A stretch of 47,752 nucleotides of DNA, from positions 1 to 47,752 of IMG/VR virus record IMGVR_UViG_3300012041_000009. One strand, 5' to 3'. The notes beneath the pieces are model-generated. The model saw only the letters and a list, made by a program, of their open reading frames with translations. It did no database searches and was not told the origin of the DNA. The position numbers and the translations under genes are program-made. Source of the DNA: a virus (lineage: Duplodnaviria; Caudoviricetes). Below, piece after piece: positions 16,146 through 25,168 of the stretch (position 1 is its first letter; every line of letters begins with the position of its first letter).

Positions 16146-16684
16146 GCCGCCACCTCGGGCCGGCCACGACTGACCGCTCCACGCAGCAGGAGCACCTGGT
16201 GGTGCTCCACCCACGCGCCAGACTGCTCGAGCGCCGCGGCGAAGTCGAAGTCCCCCTCGTAGCGTCGACCGTAGCGATGGCAGTGCGCCTGCCACCAGGC
16301 CCGCTGGACGAGCATGTTGCCGAGGTCGATCGCCCCGCACGTCGGCGGCCACGTTCCCTGAATTAGCCCGCCAGCTTTCTCGACCGTGGCCAGCACCAGC
16401 GGAGGCCGGCGGGGACCGAGCGCGGCCATGAGCGCTTCGACCGCATCGTCCGCCGCGAGCACGTCGTCGTCCGCGAGCACGTGCACATACTCGCCATGCA
16501 CGGCGTCCCGGTAGAGCGCCATCGAGGCGAACATGCCGTCGATGCCGCGACCCACGTAATCCGGAAGAACGAGATGCTCGATCGCCTCGACCGCCGTCTG
16601 CGCCTGGACGCTCGCCATGCACCGCGCCAGCGCCGCCGGCCGCCGATACGTCGGCGTCAGAAACGTGATGAATGGACTACTCAA
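16142..16684 (-). CDS. Glycosyltransferase family 2 (GT-A fold, compact)
   Basis: FITFLTPTYRRPAALARCMASVQAQT, GEYVHVLADDD, YEGDFDF. Confidence 0.8.
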   Translation of the reverse strand: MSSPFITFLTPTYRRPAALARCMASVQAQTAVEAIEHLVLPDYVGRGIDGMFASMALYRDAVHGEYVHVLADDDVLAADDAVEALMAALGPRRPPLVLATVEKAGGLIQGTWPPTCGAIDLGNMLVQRAWWQAHCHRYGRRYEGDFDFAAALEQSGAWVEHHQVLLLRGAVSRGRPEVAA

Positions 16685-17078
16685 GGCGGAACCCCAGCCC
16701 GACGAGGAGCGCTTTCAGCCGCTCGAACATCACCAACCGATGCCGCTGCGCCGCCGGCACCAAGATGCCCGCACCATTCGCCGCCTTCGGCATCTGCCCG
16801 CGGTTCGCCCCGTTGAACGATCGCGGTCCGGTGCCGAACTCGTACAGGTGAGAATGCGGCGCGGTGCTCTGAACGATGCCGACGAGCAGATCGCTCGACG
16901 GATACGTCGTCCGCACCCGAGCCCGCAACGTGCCAGTATAGGCCGAACGCACATCGGCGGCCGTGCTTTCGGTGGCGTCGCGAATGATTGCCATCCCGTC
17001 GTCCCGCACGTTCTGCGGGGCCTTCGCGAGCGCCTCCACGAGCTCGCGCAGCCCGCTCCACTGCACCCGGGCACTCAT
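16677..17078 (-). CDS. HK97 gp10-like tail completion protein
   Basis: VQWSGLRELVEAL...TGTLR...PHSHLYEFGT. Confidence 0.75.
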   Translation of the reverse strand: MSARVQWSGLRELVEALAKAPQNVRDDGMAIIRDATESTAADVRSAYTGTLRARVRTTYPSSDLLVGIVQSTAPHSHLYEFGTGPRSFNGANRGQMPKAANGAGILVPAAQRHRLVMFERLKALLVGLGFRLE

Positions 17079-17371
17079 GGCGTCAGCACCTCTTCACAGA
17101 GCAGCACCTGGCGGTCGGTCCCGAGCCGCACCTGTTGAATCCCACGCACGAACAGCTGCCGCCCATCCTCGGTGGTCAAGACCGTGTTCAGCGTGATCTG
17201 CGGGTGATACCGCAACCCCACGCGATGCGTGATCTGCCGCTCCCCGAATGAGGTCGGCGCCTCAGGCTCCACCGAGACCCACACACCGCTCGGGCTGAAG
17301 TCGGTCGGGGTGTTGTCGACGATCTCGGACAGCGTCACCCAGATGTTGTCGAAGCCAGGATTCGATCCCAT
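17075..17371 (-). CDS. Head closure/head-tail adaptor (SPP1 gp16-like)
   Basis: VWVSVEP...THRVGLRYHPQIT...LLCEE. Confidence 0.7.
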   Translation of the reverse strand: MGSNPGFDNIWVTLSEIVDNTPTDFSPSGVWVSVEPEAPTSFGERQITHRVGLRYHPQITLNTVLTTEDGRQLFVRGIQQVRLGTDRQVLLCEEVLTP

Positions 17372-17962
17372 TCAGCAGCTCCACGCCGGCGGCTTACAGG
17401 TTCGAATCCACGGCGCCCAACAGCTCTGGGCCGCGGCTCGAGCGGCCTTGGCGTCAGCGGTGCTGCCGGCGCGGTCCATGTCCTGCGCCGTCACGTAGAG
17501 CTTCATCCCCAGCCTCACCACTTCCGGGATCGCGGCCTGGCTCGACCACCCGGCGATGTAGGTGATCACTACGCGGAACAGCCGATCCGACTGGAGCGCT
17601 GGCCAGGCCTGATTCGGCGCGCGCGAGAGTTCGCCTGGCTCGCTGGTCGTATCGACGACGTAGGCGCTGCTCGCCAACGTGGTGAGCGTCCCGGCCGCGT
17701 TGTAGTACTGGACGCTCGCGCTCTGGAGCGGACTCGCCATCGGGAGCGCGACGCGCTCCGGCCAGTCCGACAGCTGCAGCTTCCACGTTTGCGTCGTGGC
17801 CGCCCGCTGGGTGTACTGTTCGAACTCGTGCCTGGCAGCCGAAATCCAGGCATACATCAGACGGTCTTCGCGGGCATGCGTGCTGCGCGCCTGCAGCTTC
17901 GCCTCGTCGACGCCAAGCGGCTCGATCGCCGGCCCTGTGACGAGCGCCCACTCCCACCTCAC
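17372..17962 (-). CDS. Head-tail connector (HK97 gp6-like)
   Basis: LVTGPAIEPLGVDEAKLQAR...ISAAR...TQTW...ITYIAGW...IPE; GTG start 17962 with GTGA overlap. Confidence 0.8.
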   Translation of the reverse strand: MRWEWALVTGPAIEPLGVDEAKLQARSTHAREDRLMYAWISAARHEFEQYTQRAATTQTWKLQLSDWPERVALPMASPLQSASVQYYNAAGTLTTLASSAYVVDTTSEPGELSRAPNQAWPALQSDRLFRVVITYIAGWSSQAAIPEVVRLGMKLYVTAQDMDRAGSTADAKAARAAAQSCWAPWIRTCKPPAWSC

Positions 17963-18168
17963 GCCGGCCGCCTCCGCTGTTCCTTGGTCTCGAACGGGGC
18001 CACCGGTTTGGTTTCCGGCGCGCGGATCACGCGCGGATGCTCCGCGGCGCCCGTCGCAATCAGCGCGTGCGCCACGGGGTCCGGGACGTCGTAGACGGCC
18101 CCCACCGTCAACACCCGCTCCACGCCGGCATCCTGCCACCGCCGCTCGAGTCGCATCACGATCCGCAT
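17959..18168 (-). CDS. Small head-module protein
   Basis: VGAVYDVPDPVAHALIATGAAE; TAATG overlap with the upstream glycosyltransferase. Confidence 0.6.
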   Translation of the reverse strand: MRIVMRLERRWQDAGVERVLTVGAVYDVPDPVAHALIATGAAEHPRVIRAPETKPVAPFETKEQRRRPA

Positions 18169-19277
18169 TACGCAGCCGCCTCCTGGCGGGCCGTCACGGC
18201 CTTGGCGACGCGCTCGAGCGCCGCCGGCCTCGCGGACAGCAGGTCCGCCCGCATCTGCACGCCTCGCGTCACCCAGGTGTCTCCAGACACGCACGCGGGC
18301 AACTGGGCCGCCGCCGCTCGCCGACCGGCGTCATCGGCCAACCACTGCCGGATGGCCGCCTCGCACTCCGCGGGCGTGGACACCGTCGGCACGAGGGCGC
18401 CGAAGGTCTCCGTGACCTCGGCGCGCGCCTGGCTGACATGGAAACACCCGCAGGCGGCGAGCTCGTAGCCGCGCGGGTTCATGGATTCGGCATGCGCGAT
18501 CCGTGGCGCCTTGCGGGCCCACCCGATCGACTGCCGATAGAGGTTCAGGCCGACCTTGGCGCGGCGGTAGAGTGCCGCGGCGCGGGCGTTGTCGACGATG
18601 CCGCCACGCACATGCGCCCGAAGGCTCGACCGGCTGCCGAGCCGCTGCCAGTTGCCGTACAGGCCGAGGTCGATACCGTCCCAGTTGATCCCGGACAACC
18701 ACTCTGCGCGCTCGTCGAAGCACGACCCGACGAAGACCACGTCGTGCGCGGGCACGTCCGCGTCGTCGCCGGCTGCCCGGTGCACGTCTGGCCTGACGGC
18801 GTGCTTCAGATAGACCGCGCGCGTCACCTGGGCGAAGGCCGGCACCGAACTGCGCTCGGTCGTCCACGCCAGGTCCGTGCTGGCCGCCCACTCCAGCTCG
18901 CGCGCCTGGTCATAGGGGGATTCGGTCATGATGACCGCCACGCAGAGCCCGGCGCGCCGCAGGACGTCGACGAACGCCTTGGGCACGAACATCGCGCTCA
19001 CGATGACCACCCAGTCCACCTGGTGGGCGACCGCCCTCGTGAGCACGTCGCCGAGCGCGTGGAGGTGAATCTCCTGCGCGCCAGGCTTCGCCGCCGTTGC
19101 GTCAGCCCGCTTCGTCTGCTTGTAGACCCACCCGAGATACGCCGCCGAGGACGCCAGGCGGTGCTCGTAGGCATACCGACCCACGTCGACGCCAGCACCG
19201 CGCAACCCCTCCACGACGCCGTTTTCGACGTCCTTGGTGGACCACGCGGCGCCAGCGCCGAGTACCAACACTTTCAC
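18168..19277 (-). CDS. Glycosyltransferase, CgeB-like (paralog of 13978-15081)
   Basis: MTESPYD, HDVVFVGS, YRRAKVGLNL, NPRGYELAACGCF. Confidence 0.85.
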   Translation of the reverse strand: MKVLVLGAGAAWSTKDVENGVVEGLRGAGVDVGRYAYEHRLASSAAYLGWVYKQTKRADATAAKPGAQEIHLHALGDVLTRAVAHQVDWVVIVSAMFVPKAFVDVLRRAGLCVAVIMTESPYDQARELEWAASTDLAWTTERSSVPAFAQVTRAVYLKHAVRPDVHRAAGDDADVPAHDVVFVGSCFDERAEWLSGINWDGIDLGLYGNWQRLGSRSSLRAHVRGGIVDNARAAALYRRAKVGLNLYRQSIGWARKAPRIAHAESMNPRGYELAACGCFHVSQARAEVTETFGALVPTVSTPAECEAAIRQWLADDAGRRAAAAQLPACVSGDTWVTRGVQMRADLLSARPAALERVAKAVTARQEAAA

Positions 19278-19287
19278 GCCTGGGCTC

Positions 19288-19728
19288 CTACGACGCCCCG
19301 TGCGTGATCGGTTCGTGCGCCGCCAGGCCGAGATGCGCGGTCACCGACAGCAGCGCCACGCCCGTGTTGCCAGAGGCCGTGACGTACAGCCGGACGTACC
19401 GCTTGTTCCCGATGTACCCGATCGACCGCACCTCGTTGTCGTCGTCGAACTGGAAGCTCGCCGCCGTCTCGGGCGCGGTGCCGCGCGTCTGCGACACCAT
19501 GTCCGCATCCGCCACGTCGTTGGCGCTGGAGAAGTTCGAGTTGTCCGACTCCTGCAGCAGCGCTGCGAACGTCGCGTTGGCGTCAGCGAGGTCGCCCGTG
19601 GCCATCGCGAAGTAGCAGGAGTCGTACCCCTGCAGGTCGATGATCTCGGAGATCCAGACGTTGTCCGCGCTGTAGTAGTACGGGCTGTGCGCCCGCTTGA
19701 TCTGCACTCTCGAAAGGGAATCTCGCAT
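19288..19728 (-). CDS. Capsid cement/decoration protein
   Basis: IIDLQGYDS...LQESD...IGYIGNKRYVRL; directly after the major capsid gene. Confidence 0.7.
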   Translation of the reverse strand: MRDSLSRVQIKRAHSPYYYSADNVWISEIIDLQGYDSCYFAMATGDLADANATFAALLQESDNSNFSSANDVADADMVSQTRGTAPETAASFQFDDDNEVRSIGYIGNKRYVRLYVTASGNTGVALLSVTAHLGLAAHEPITHGAS

Positions 19729-19763
19729 GTCAGTACTCCTCGGTTATCTCGTGAGACGCACCC

Positions 19764-21107
19764 CTACGAGCCGAACTTCAGGAACTTCAGCGACTCGAAG
19801 TTCACGACGTCGCCACCCACGCGCGCCCGGGTGTAGAACTTGACGTACGGCTTGGCGGTGTAGGGATCCACCAGCACGGTGATGCCGAGGCGATCCACGA
19901 TGGTGTACGTTTCCATCATGTCGCCGAAGGCGACAGCGAGCGCATCCGTGGTCGAATACGTCGCCATGTCCTGCAGTTTCCGAATCGGATAGCCGAGCAG
20001 CGTGTCCGGCATCCCCGCCACGAACGACGGGATGAACACGTACTTGCCGGCCGCGGACGCATCGGTCAGCTGCCGGGTCTTCCCGAGCGTGGTCCGATTC
20101 ATGTAGAACGCCCCGTTGGTCACGTAGACGTCCTTCATCGCATGAATCAGGTCGAGGAGCTTGTTCACGCCGGCCGGGTCGGTGCCGAACGAGCCGTTCG
20201 AGGCTGTCGCGATGTGCTCGAACACCCCCCACGCGCGCGACGCGTCCGCCGTGGCCGCCGTGGAGTAGCTGGCGAACCCGCGCGGCTTGCCCACGCCCGT
20301 GCCCGTCACGAACGCGGTGTTCGACGTCCGCCCGATCTTGTCGGACGCCTTCCGGCCGTGCCACGCGGCGACGTCCACGTTCGCGTCCTCGAGCAGTTTC
20401 TGGGACGCGCGCGGCTCCGCGTAGATCTCGTGGACCGGGATGCGGTACGGCGCCGGCACCTGGGCGGTGTTCGACTCCGATCGCGTCCCGAGCTCCGACA
20501 CCCACCCGCACGCGGCCTCGTCCAGGTCGGCCATGCCTTCGAGGGCGTCGGTGCCGATCGTCTGCTGGCCGGCGTACTGCCGCATCGGCGACGTCTCGAA
20601 GATGCGCTCCACGATGCGCCCCGTCCGATCGGGCGTCACCAGGTAGCCGCCCTCCGTCTCGGTGCCCACCGACAGCGCCCTCGTCTCGGCGTCCGTCAGC
20701 CCACGATCCCCGCGGCGCAGGTAGACGTCGAGCGCCGCCTTGTAGGCGGCGTACTGCTCGGACGTCACGTCCGCCGGGACCGTTCGGCCGGCCGCGGCCG
20801 CGACCGCGCGGATGGAGCGATTGAACGTCTTGAGCTCCGCCGCGCGCGCCTCCTCGCTCTTCGGATCCACCGAGGAGAGCTCGAGCTTGCCGACCTTGGC
20901 CTGCACGGCCATGAAGGCCTCGTTGATGGCGGACTGGTCCTCGATCGCCTTGTTCAGCTTCTCGAGCTTCTGGGTGACGAGGGGGTCGACCGCGCGACCA
21001 GCCTCCAGCGCCTTGATGCGCTGATCGTTGGTCTGCTTGAATTCCTCGAACAGTCGGTTGCTGGCGTCGATCGCCGTCTTGACTTCAGCCAGAGTGGGAG
21101 CGTCCAT
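19764..21107 (-). CDS. Major capsid protein, HK97 family
   Basis: N-terminal coiled-coil delta domain, EGGYLVTP, SQKLLED, GTGVGKPRG, AFGD...YTIVDR, DPYTAKPYVKFY. Confidence 0.95.
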   Translation of the reverse strand: MDAPTLAEVKTAIDASNRLFEEFKQTNDQRIKALEAGRAVDPLVTQKLEKLNKAIEDQSAINEAFMAVQAKVGKLELSSVDPKSEEARAAELKTFNRSIRAVAAAAGRTVPADVTSEQYAAYKAALDVYLRRGDRGLTDAETRALSVGTETEGGYLVTPDRTGRIVERIFETSPMRQYAGQQTIGTDALEGMADLDEAACGWVSELGTRSESNTAQVPAPYRIPVHEIYAEPRASQKLLEDANVDVAAWHGRKASDKIGRTSNTAFVTGTGVGKPRGFASYSTAATADASRAWGVFEHIATASNGSFGTDPAGVNKLLDLIHAMKDVYVTNGAFYMNRTTLGKTRQLTDASAAGKYVFIPSFVAGMPDTLLGYPIRKLQDMATYSTTDALAVAFGDMMETYTIVDRLGITVLVDPYTAKPYVKFYTRARVGGDVVNFESLKFLKFGS

Positions 21108-21816
21108 GTGCCTGATCTCCTGTCCAGATCGCTCCTCGGCGGGTCACCGCCTGGAGCAGTTCCGAGCAGGCTTCGTCGGCTGGCATGGATCCCCCACGCT
21201 TCAACTGTCGATAGCCCTTCGCGATGATGACTTCTGCCTGTCGAGCGCTGAGCCCAGCATCCCGCTGGAGCCACCGCTCGAATTCCCGTTCGGACGGCAG
21301 CTCGCCGTCCGTCTTCACACCGGTCACCCGTGCCGGATCATTGGCCGGGAACGTCACCAGGGAGACCTCGAAGAGCTGGATCTCCGTGAGCGTTCGCACC
21401 TGGGTCTCGTCGTCGAACTTGAACTTCTTGGTGCGGAATCCGATCGACAAGCCGTCGAGTTCGCCCTCTTTCACCGCGGCGTACGTCGCCTTCGCTCGGT
21501 CGGTGTCGAGGTCGAAGATCCGCCCGCGCATGTACAGCCCGTGGTCGTCCTCGCGCATCTCTTCCCACTTGCCGATCGGCACCATGTCGTCGGCGTTGCT
21601 GGAGAAGAAGCCGCCGCCGCCGTGCTGCAGGAGCATCTTCGGGAGCTTCCCCTGCGCTTTCCAGTCCTTCAGCGTCTGCTTGAAGGCGCCCTTGACGATG
21701 GTCTCGTTGTAGGCGTCGACGGTGTTGAAGACGGAGCCATAGCCTTCGACGGCGCCGGCGGGCGCGCCCTGGGCCAGGGCCTTGACCTCGAACGGGACGA
21801 CCACTCGGTCTCTCAT
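21085..21816 (-). CDS. Prohead protease, HK97 family
   Basis: EGYGSVFN, MLLQH, GLSIGF, EVSLVTFPAN. Confidence 0.95.
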   Translation of the reverse strand: MRDRVVVPFEVKALAQGAPAGAVEGYGSVFNTVDAYNETIVKGAFKQTLKDWKAQGKLPKMLLQHGGGGFFSSNADDMVPIGKWEEMREDDHGLYMRGRIFDLDTDRAKATYAAVKEGELDGLSIGFRTKKFKFDDETQVRTLTEIQLFEVSLVTFPANDPARVTGVKTDGELPSEREFERWLQRDAGLSARQAEVIIAKGYRQLKRGGSMPADEACSELLQAVTRRGAIWTGDQAHGRSHSG

Positions 21817-23078
21817 GCCTGTGCCCCACCGTTCCCCTGTTGCGGCACGTACCCGAGCGGGGCCAGATTCACCGGCTGCAGGTAGATGTCGCCGTTCTCG
21901 ATCGGGTTCCGATCGAGCATCGCCAGAATGTCATTCGCCGAGTAGACGCCCATCTGCCGATACATCCAGAACGATTCCGCCTGGCTCTTCGCATCGCCGC
22001 GGAGCATGCCCGAGACGTTGAACTTGACCGCGTACTTGCCTGGCACCGCAATCAGGTCTCGATTCAGGCGCTGCTCCCAGACGGTGATCGAGGGGCGCAG
22101 CGTGAACACCAGCAAGCCGATCTGTTGCTGCTCAATTCCGGTGCCCCACGTGGTCACCTTCTCGTTCAGGCCCATCATGTGCGGCGGCACCATCAGCGCG
22201 GCCGCAACCTCCGATCGCAAGTCCTGCTTCGTCTGGAGGAACTGCCCATCTTCCGGGTTCAGAGAGAGCTGCTGCATGTCCATGCCCTCTTCCAGCACGG
22301 CCACGCGTCGCCGGTCTTTGCCTCGCCCGTAGATCTGCTCCCAGGAATCTTCGATGTTTTTCACCGCCTTCGACCCGGGCCCGCCGAGCGCCTTCGGATG
22401 CTTCAAGACGACGCTCGGAGTCGCATCGCGTGACCAGAGGCTGTTCGCCTGCTCTTGGAGCGCGAGTGACCCACCGATCGTCTCGCGGAGGTCGGTCATG
22501 AAGGCCCGACCCGTGCGGCCGTTGGTGCTCATGTTTTTCACGTGAAACACTTCGGCGGCCGGCAGCGGCACGCGCTGACCGTTCTTCTTGGTCAGCGTGT
22601 ATTCAGTCTGGCCGCCGAAGACGTCAGGCTCCTTGACCTCCACCTGGTCCGGATGCATCGGGATCAACTCCGTCGTGCGCATCCGCGCGGACCCGTCGTC
22701 GTTCCGGCCCTCCACCACGAGGTTCTTCCACGCGTAGCAGTTCCCGCGCAGCACCCGGTGAGACTCGAGCATGCCGAACAACTCGCTCTGGGTCTGAAAA
22801 CTATTCGGTTGAGAAAGAACCCGTGCGACCGGATGGTCCGGCCGCGGCCGCCGCGACCGCCCGTCCGGCAAGTACTCGATCACGTCGACCGGGAGCGTCG
22901 ACAGCAGCGTGCTGCGAATCTGCAACCCGGTCCAGACCGCCGCCACATTCAGCGCGGTCGTCTCGTTGACGGAGACACCGGCTACCGTGGACGCGCCACG
23001 GAGCAGGTACTGGAGCAGGTCGTGCGACGAGCCGATCGCCGACCGTCGCTCGAACAGCACCGCGAAGGGGTTTCTCAC
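21813..23078 (-). CDS. Portal protein, HK97 family
   Basis: AGVSVNETTALNVAAV, VAVLEEGM, VPPHMMG, WGTGIEQQ, LRGD. Confidence 0.95.
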   Translation of the reverse strand: MRNPFAVLFERRSAIGSSHDLLQYLLRGASTVAGVSVNETTALNVAAVWTGLQIRSTLLSTLPVDVIEYLPDGRSRRPRPDHPVARVLSQPNSFQTQSELFGMLESHRVLRGNCYAWKNLVVEGRNDDGSARMRTTELIPMHPDQVEVKEPDVFGGQTEYTLTKKNGQRVPLPAAEVFHVKNMSTNGRTGRAFMTDLRETIGGSLALQEQANSLWSRDATPSVVLKHPKALGGPGSKAVKNIEDSWEQIYGRGKDRRRVAVLEEGMDMQQLSLNPEDGQFLQTKQDLRSEVAAALMVPPHMMGLNEKVTTWGTGIEQQQIGLLVFTLRPSITVWEQRLNRDLIAVPGKYAVKFNVSGMLRGDAKSQAESFWMYRQMGVYSANDILAMLDRNPIENGDIYLQPVNLAPLGYVPQQGNGGAQA

Positions 23079-23245
23079 CGGCCCTCACGGCGCGCAAGCA
23101 ACCCGCCCACGGCAAACAGCACGACGCCCCCAGCCATCAACGCGAACCCCGCCCCGGCGACCATCCAGAGCCCGGCCAAGGCTGCCGCAAAGCCGGACAC
23201 GGATAGCGCCAGGGACAGGGCCAATCGTGAGTAAGCGTGCGGCAA
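23075..23245 (-). CDS. Small two-TM protein between terminase and portal
   Basis: Translated by hand: LPHAYSRLALSLALSVSGFAAALAGLWMVAGAGFALMAGGVVLFAVGGLLARREGR; GTGA overlap with the portal start. Confidence 0.5.
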   Translation of the reverse strand: MPHAYSRLALSLALSVSGFAAALAGLWMVAGAGFALMAGGVVLFAVGGLLARREGR

Positions 23246-23246
23246 C

Positions 23247-23462
23247 TCATGCTCGGACGGCTACTGGACAACTTTGGACATCCGACAGCATGGCCGCCGC
23301 CAGGTCGATGCGCCACTGGCCACCCACCCGAACCGCCCCGGGCTGTTGCCCAGCCCAGATCCGCCGGTAGATGGTCTTTTCGCAGTACCGGGTGAGCGCC
23401 GCGTACTCGGCCACGGTGAGGAGCTCGTCTCGCCGCGCCCGAATGGCGTCCTCGCGAGTCAT
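23247..23462 (-). CDS. Excisionase-like (HTH_17/MerR-type) DNA-binding protein
   Basis: LLTVAEYAALTRYCEKTIYRRI...PGAVRVGGQWRI. Confidence 0.8.
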   Translation of the reverse strand: MTREDAIRARRDELLTVAEYAALTRYCEKTIYRRIWAGQQPGAVRVGGQWRIDLAAAMLSDVQSCPVAVRA

Positions 23463-25168
23463 GCGCTGGCCAATCCCCTCGTTACGTACACCGATTCAGG
23501 CTCCATCGGCACGCGCAATGCGAGGGCCTCCCCGATCGTGCCGGCGATGACCGGATCGATCCGACCACGGCTCCTCCCCTTCGCGAACAGGAGGTTGTCC
23601 TTGCTGTCTGACTGCCCGACCGTGTTCGAGGCCGCCCAGGCCGTCGCCGGGCACCCGTTCGCGTCGATCTCGCCGGCCAGGACATCCGCCTGGACGCGGA
23701 GACACGCGCTCGACATGCCGGCGTACGTCTGGGGCACTTCGACGACCTGGGTCTCCTCGAAGCCGTCCTCGTGCACGAGCTCGTCGATGAGCCGGTCGGC
23801 GTGCCACGGGTCGAACCCGATGCGCTGAATGTCGAAGCGCTCGCGGCCCCACAGGATCGCCTCCCGAACGACGCGGTGATCGATCCGGGTTCCTGGCGTC
23901 GTCGTGAGCCACCCCTGGTCGACCCAGACCTGGTAGGGCGCGCGATCGCGGTGGGCCCGGTCGGCCAGCGTGTCCGCCGGCGTCCAGCTCTTGACCAGCC
24001 ACCGCCAGCGCGGCACTCCGACCGTCGGGGGGAAGACAAACGTCGCCGAGCAGAGGTCGATCTTCGACGCCAGGTCGATCCCGACGAAGCAGGGCTCGTG
24101 CTCGAGCGCCGCGATCCACGCCTCGCGGTCGCCCACCGTCTGGCCTTTCCGCCACCCGTCGACCGAGAGGCACGGCACCGTCGCGTTGACCCAGAGGTTC
24201 AACCGCTTCTGTTTGAACTCGGCCGCCGCGCTCGGCATCTTCTGCGCCTTGGCCGCCAGCTTCCGCAGGTCGTCCGGATTCACCGAGATGCCCCAGTGCG
24301 GATTGGCCTTGATCCAGGTCGATTCCGCCCAGGGGTCATCGTCGGGGTCGGCTGACGCGATGAACGCAAAGAAACTCAGCGTCGACGGGTCGTCCTCGAG
24401 CACACCGTCGAGAATCCGGCAGGCGTAGTCGTGCTGGTCGCCGCAGACCGAGACCGGGTCGTCGCCGGCCGTGGTGATCTGGAAGTTCAGCGGGTTCACA
24501 CGCGCGCCGGTCGCGCTCTCCATGACATCGAGCAGTCCCCGGTTCTTGAAGGCGTGCAGCTCGTCGACGCCGATGAAGTGCGGGTTCAACCCGTCGGTCG
24601 TGTCCGAATCGGCGCCGAGCGGCTCGAGCTTCGACTCGGTCGCTTCCCGGTGCATGTTCGCCGCGTTGATGCGAATGCGAGAGGAGAGCCCGCTAGCCTT
24701 CACCATCCGCTTGGCGGCGTCGAAGGCGATCCGGGCCTGCTTCTCCTTGGTCGCGATGCAGTACCCTTCCGCCCCCTGCTCGCCCTCGAAGAAGGTCGCA
24801 TAGACCGACACGAGCGCCTCTTCGAAGCTCTTGCCTTGCTTCCTGGGGAGCTCGTTGTAGGAGGTCGTGAATCGACGAAGCCATGTCTCCACGTGACGCC
24901 AGCCAAAGAGGCTCCCGAGCCGGAAGATCTGATTCGGCGTCGGCTCGAAGTGCTGCCCGGCGAACTGCCGGCCCTTGTAGTGCTTCATCAGGCGGGCGAA
25001 GTCCAGGAAGCGCGTGGCCTGGGCCCAGACGAACCGATACGGGAAACCAGGCGTCTCGGCGCGCTCGAGGTCCGCCAGGTGGCGCGCGCAGGCGAGCCGG
25101 TGGTACTTTCCGGCGGGCACCGACCCGGCGACCACCTCCCGCGCGTAGACCTCGACCGGATTCGTCAA
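23459..25168 (-). CDS. Terminase large subunit
   Basis: PRKQGKS Walker A, IGVDELH Walker B, ITTAG, GIDLAS, RIDPVIA. Confidence 0.95.
   Translation of the reverse strand: MTNPVEVYAREVVAGSVPAGKYHRLACARHLADLERAETPGFPYRFVWAQATRFLDFARLMKHYKGRQFAGQHFEPTPNQIFRLGSLFGWRHVETWLRRFTTSYNELPRKQGKSFEEALVSVYATFFEGEQGAEGYCIATKEKQARIAFDAAKRMVKASGLSSRIRINAANMHREATESKLEPLGADSDTTDGLNPHFIGVDELHAFKNRGLLDVMESATGARVNPLNFQITTAGDDPVSVCGDQHDYACRILDGVLEDDPSTLSFFAFIASADPDDDPWAESTWIKANPHWGISVNPDDLRKLAAKAQKMPSAAAEFKQKRLNLWVNATVPCLSVDGWRKGQTVGDREAWIAALEHEPCFVGIDLASKIDLCSATFVFPPTVGVPRWRWLVKSWTPADTLADRAHRDRAPYQVWVDQGWLTTTPGTRIDHRVVREAILWGRERFDIQRIGFDPWHADRLIDELVHEDGFEETQVVEVPQTYAGMSSACLRVQADVLAGEIDANGCPATAWAASNTVGQSDSKDNLLFAKGRSRGRIDPVIAGTIGEALALRVPMEPESVYVTRGLASA

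Noticed and set aside
17796-19307. Long plus-strand ORFs (503 aa here; also 20142-21227, 24883-26232, 32736-33899, 44364-45365)
   Set aside because: They are antisense shadows of clear minus-strand genes in high-GC DNA, Arg/Pro-rich and without motifs
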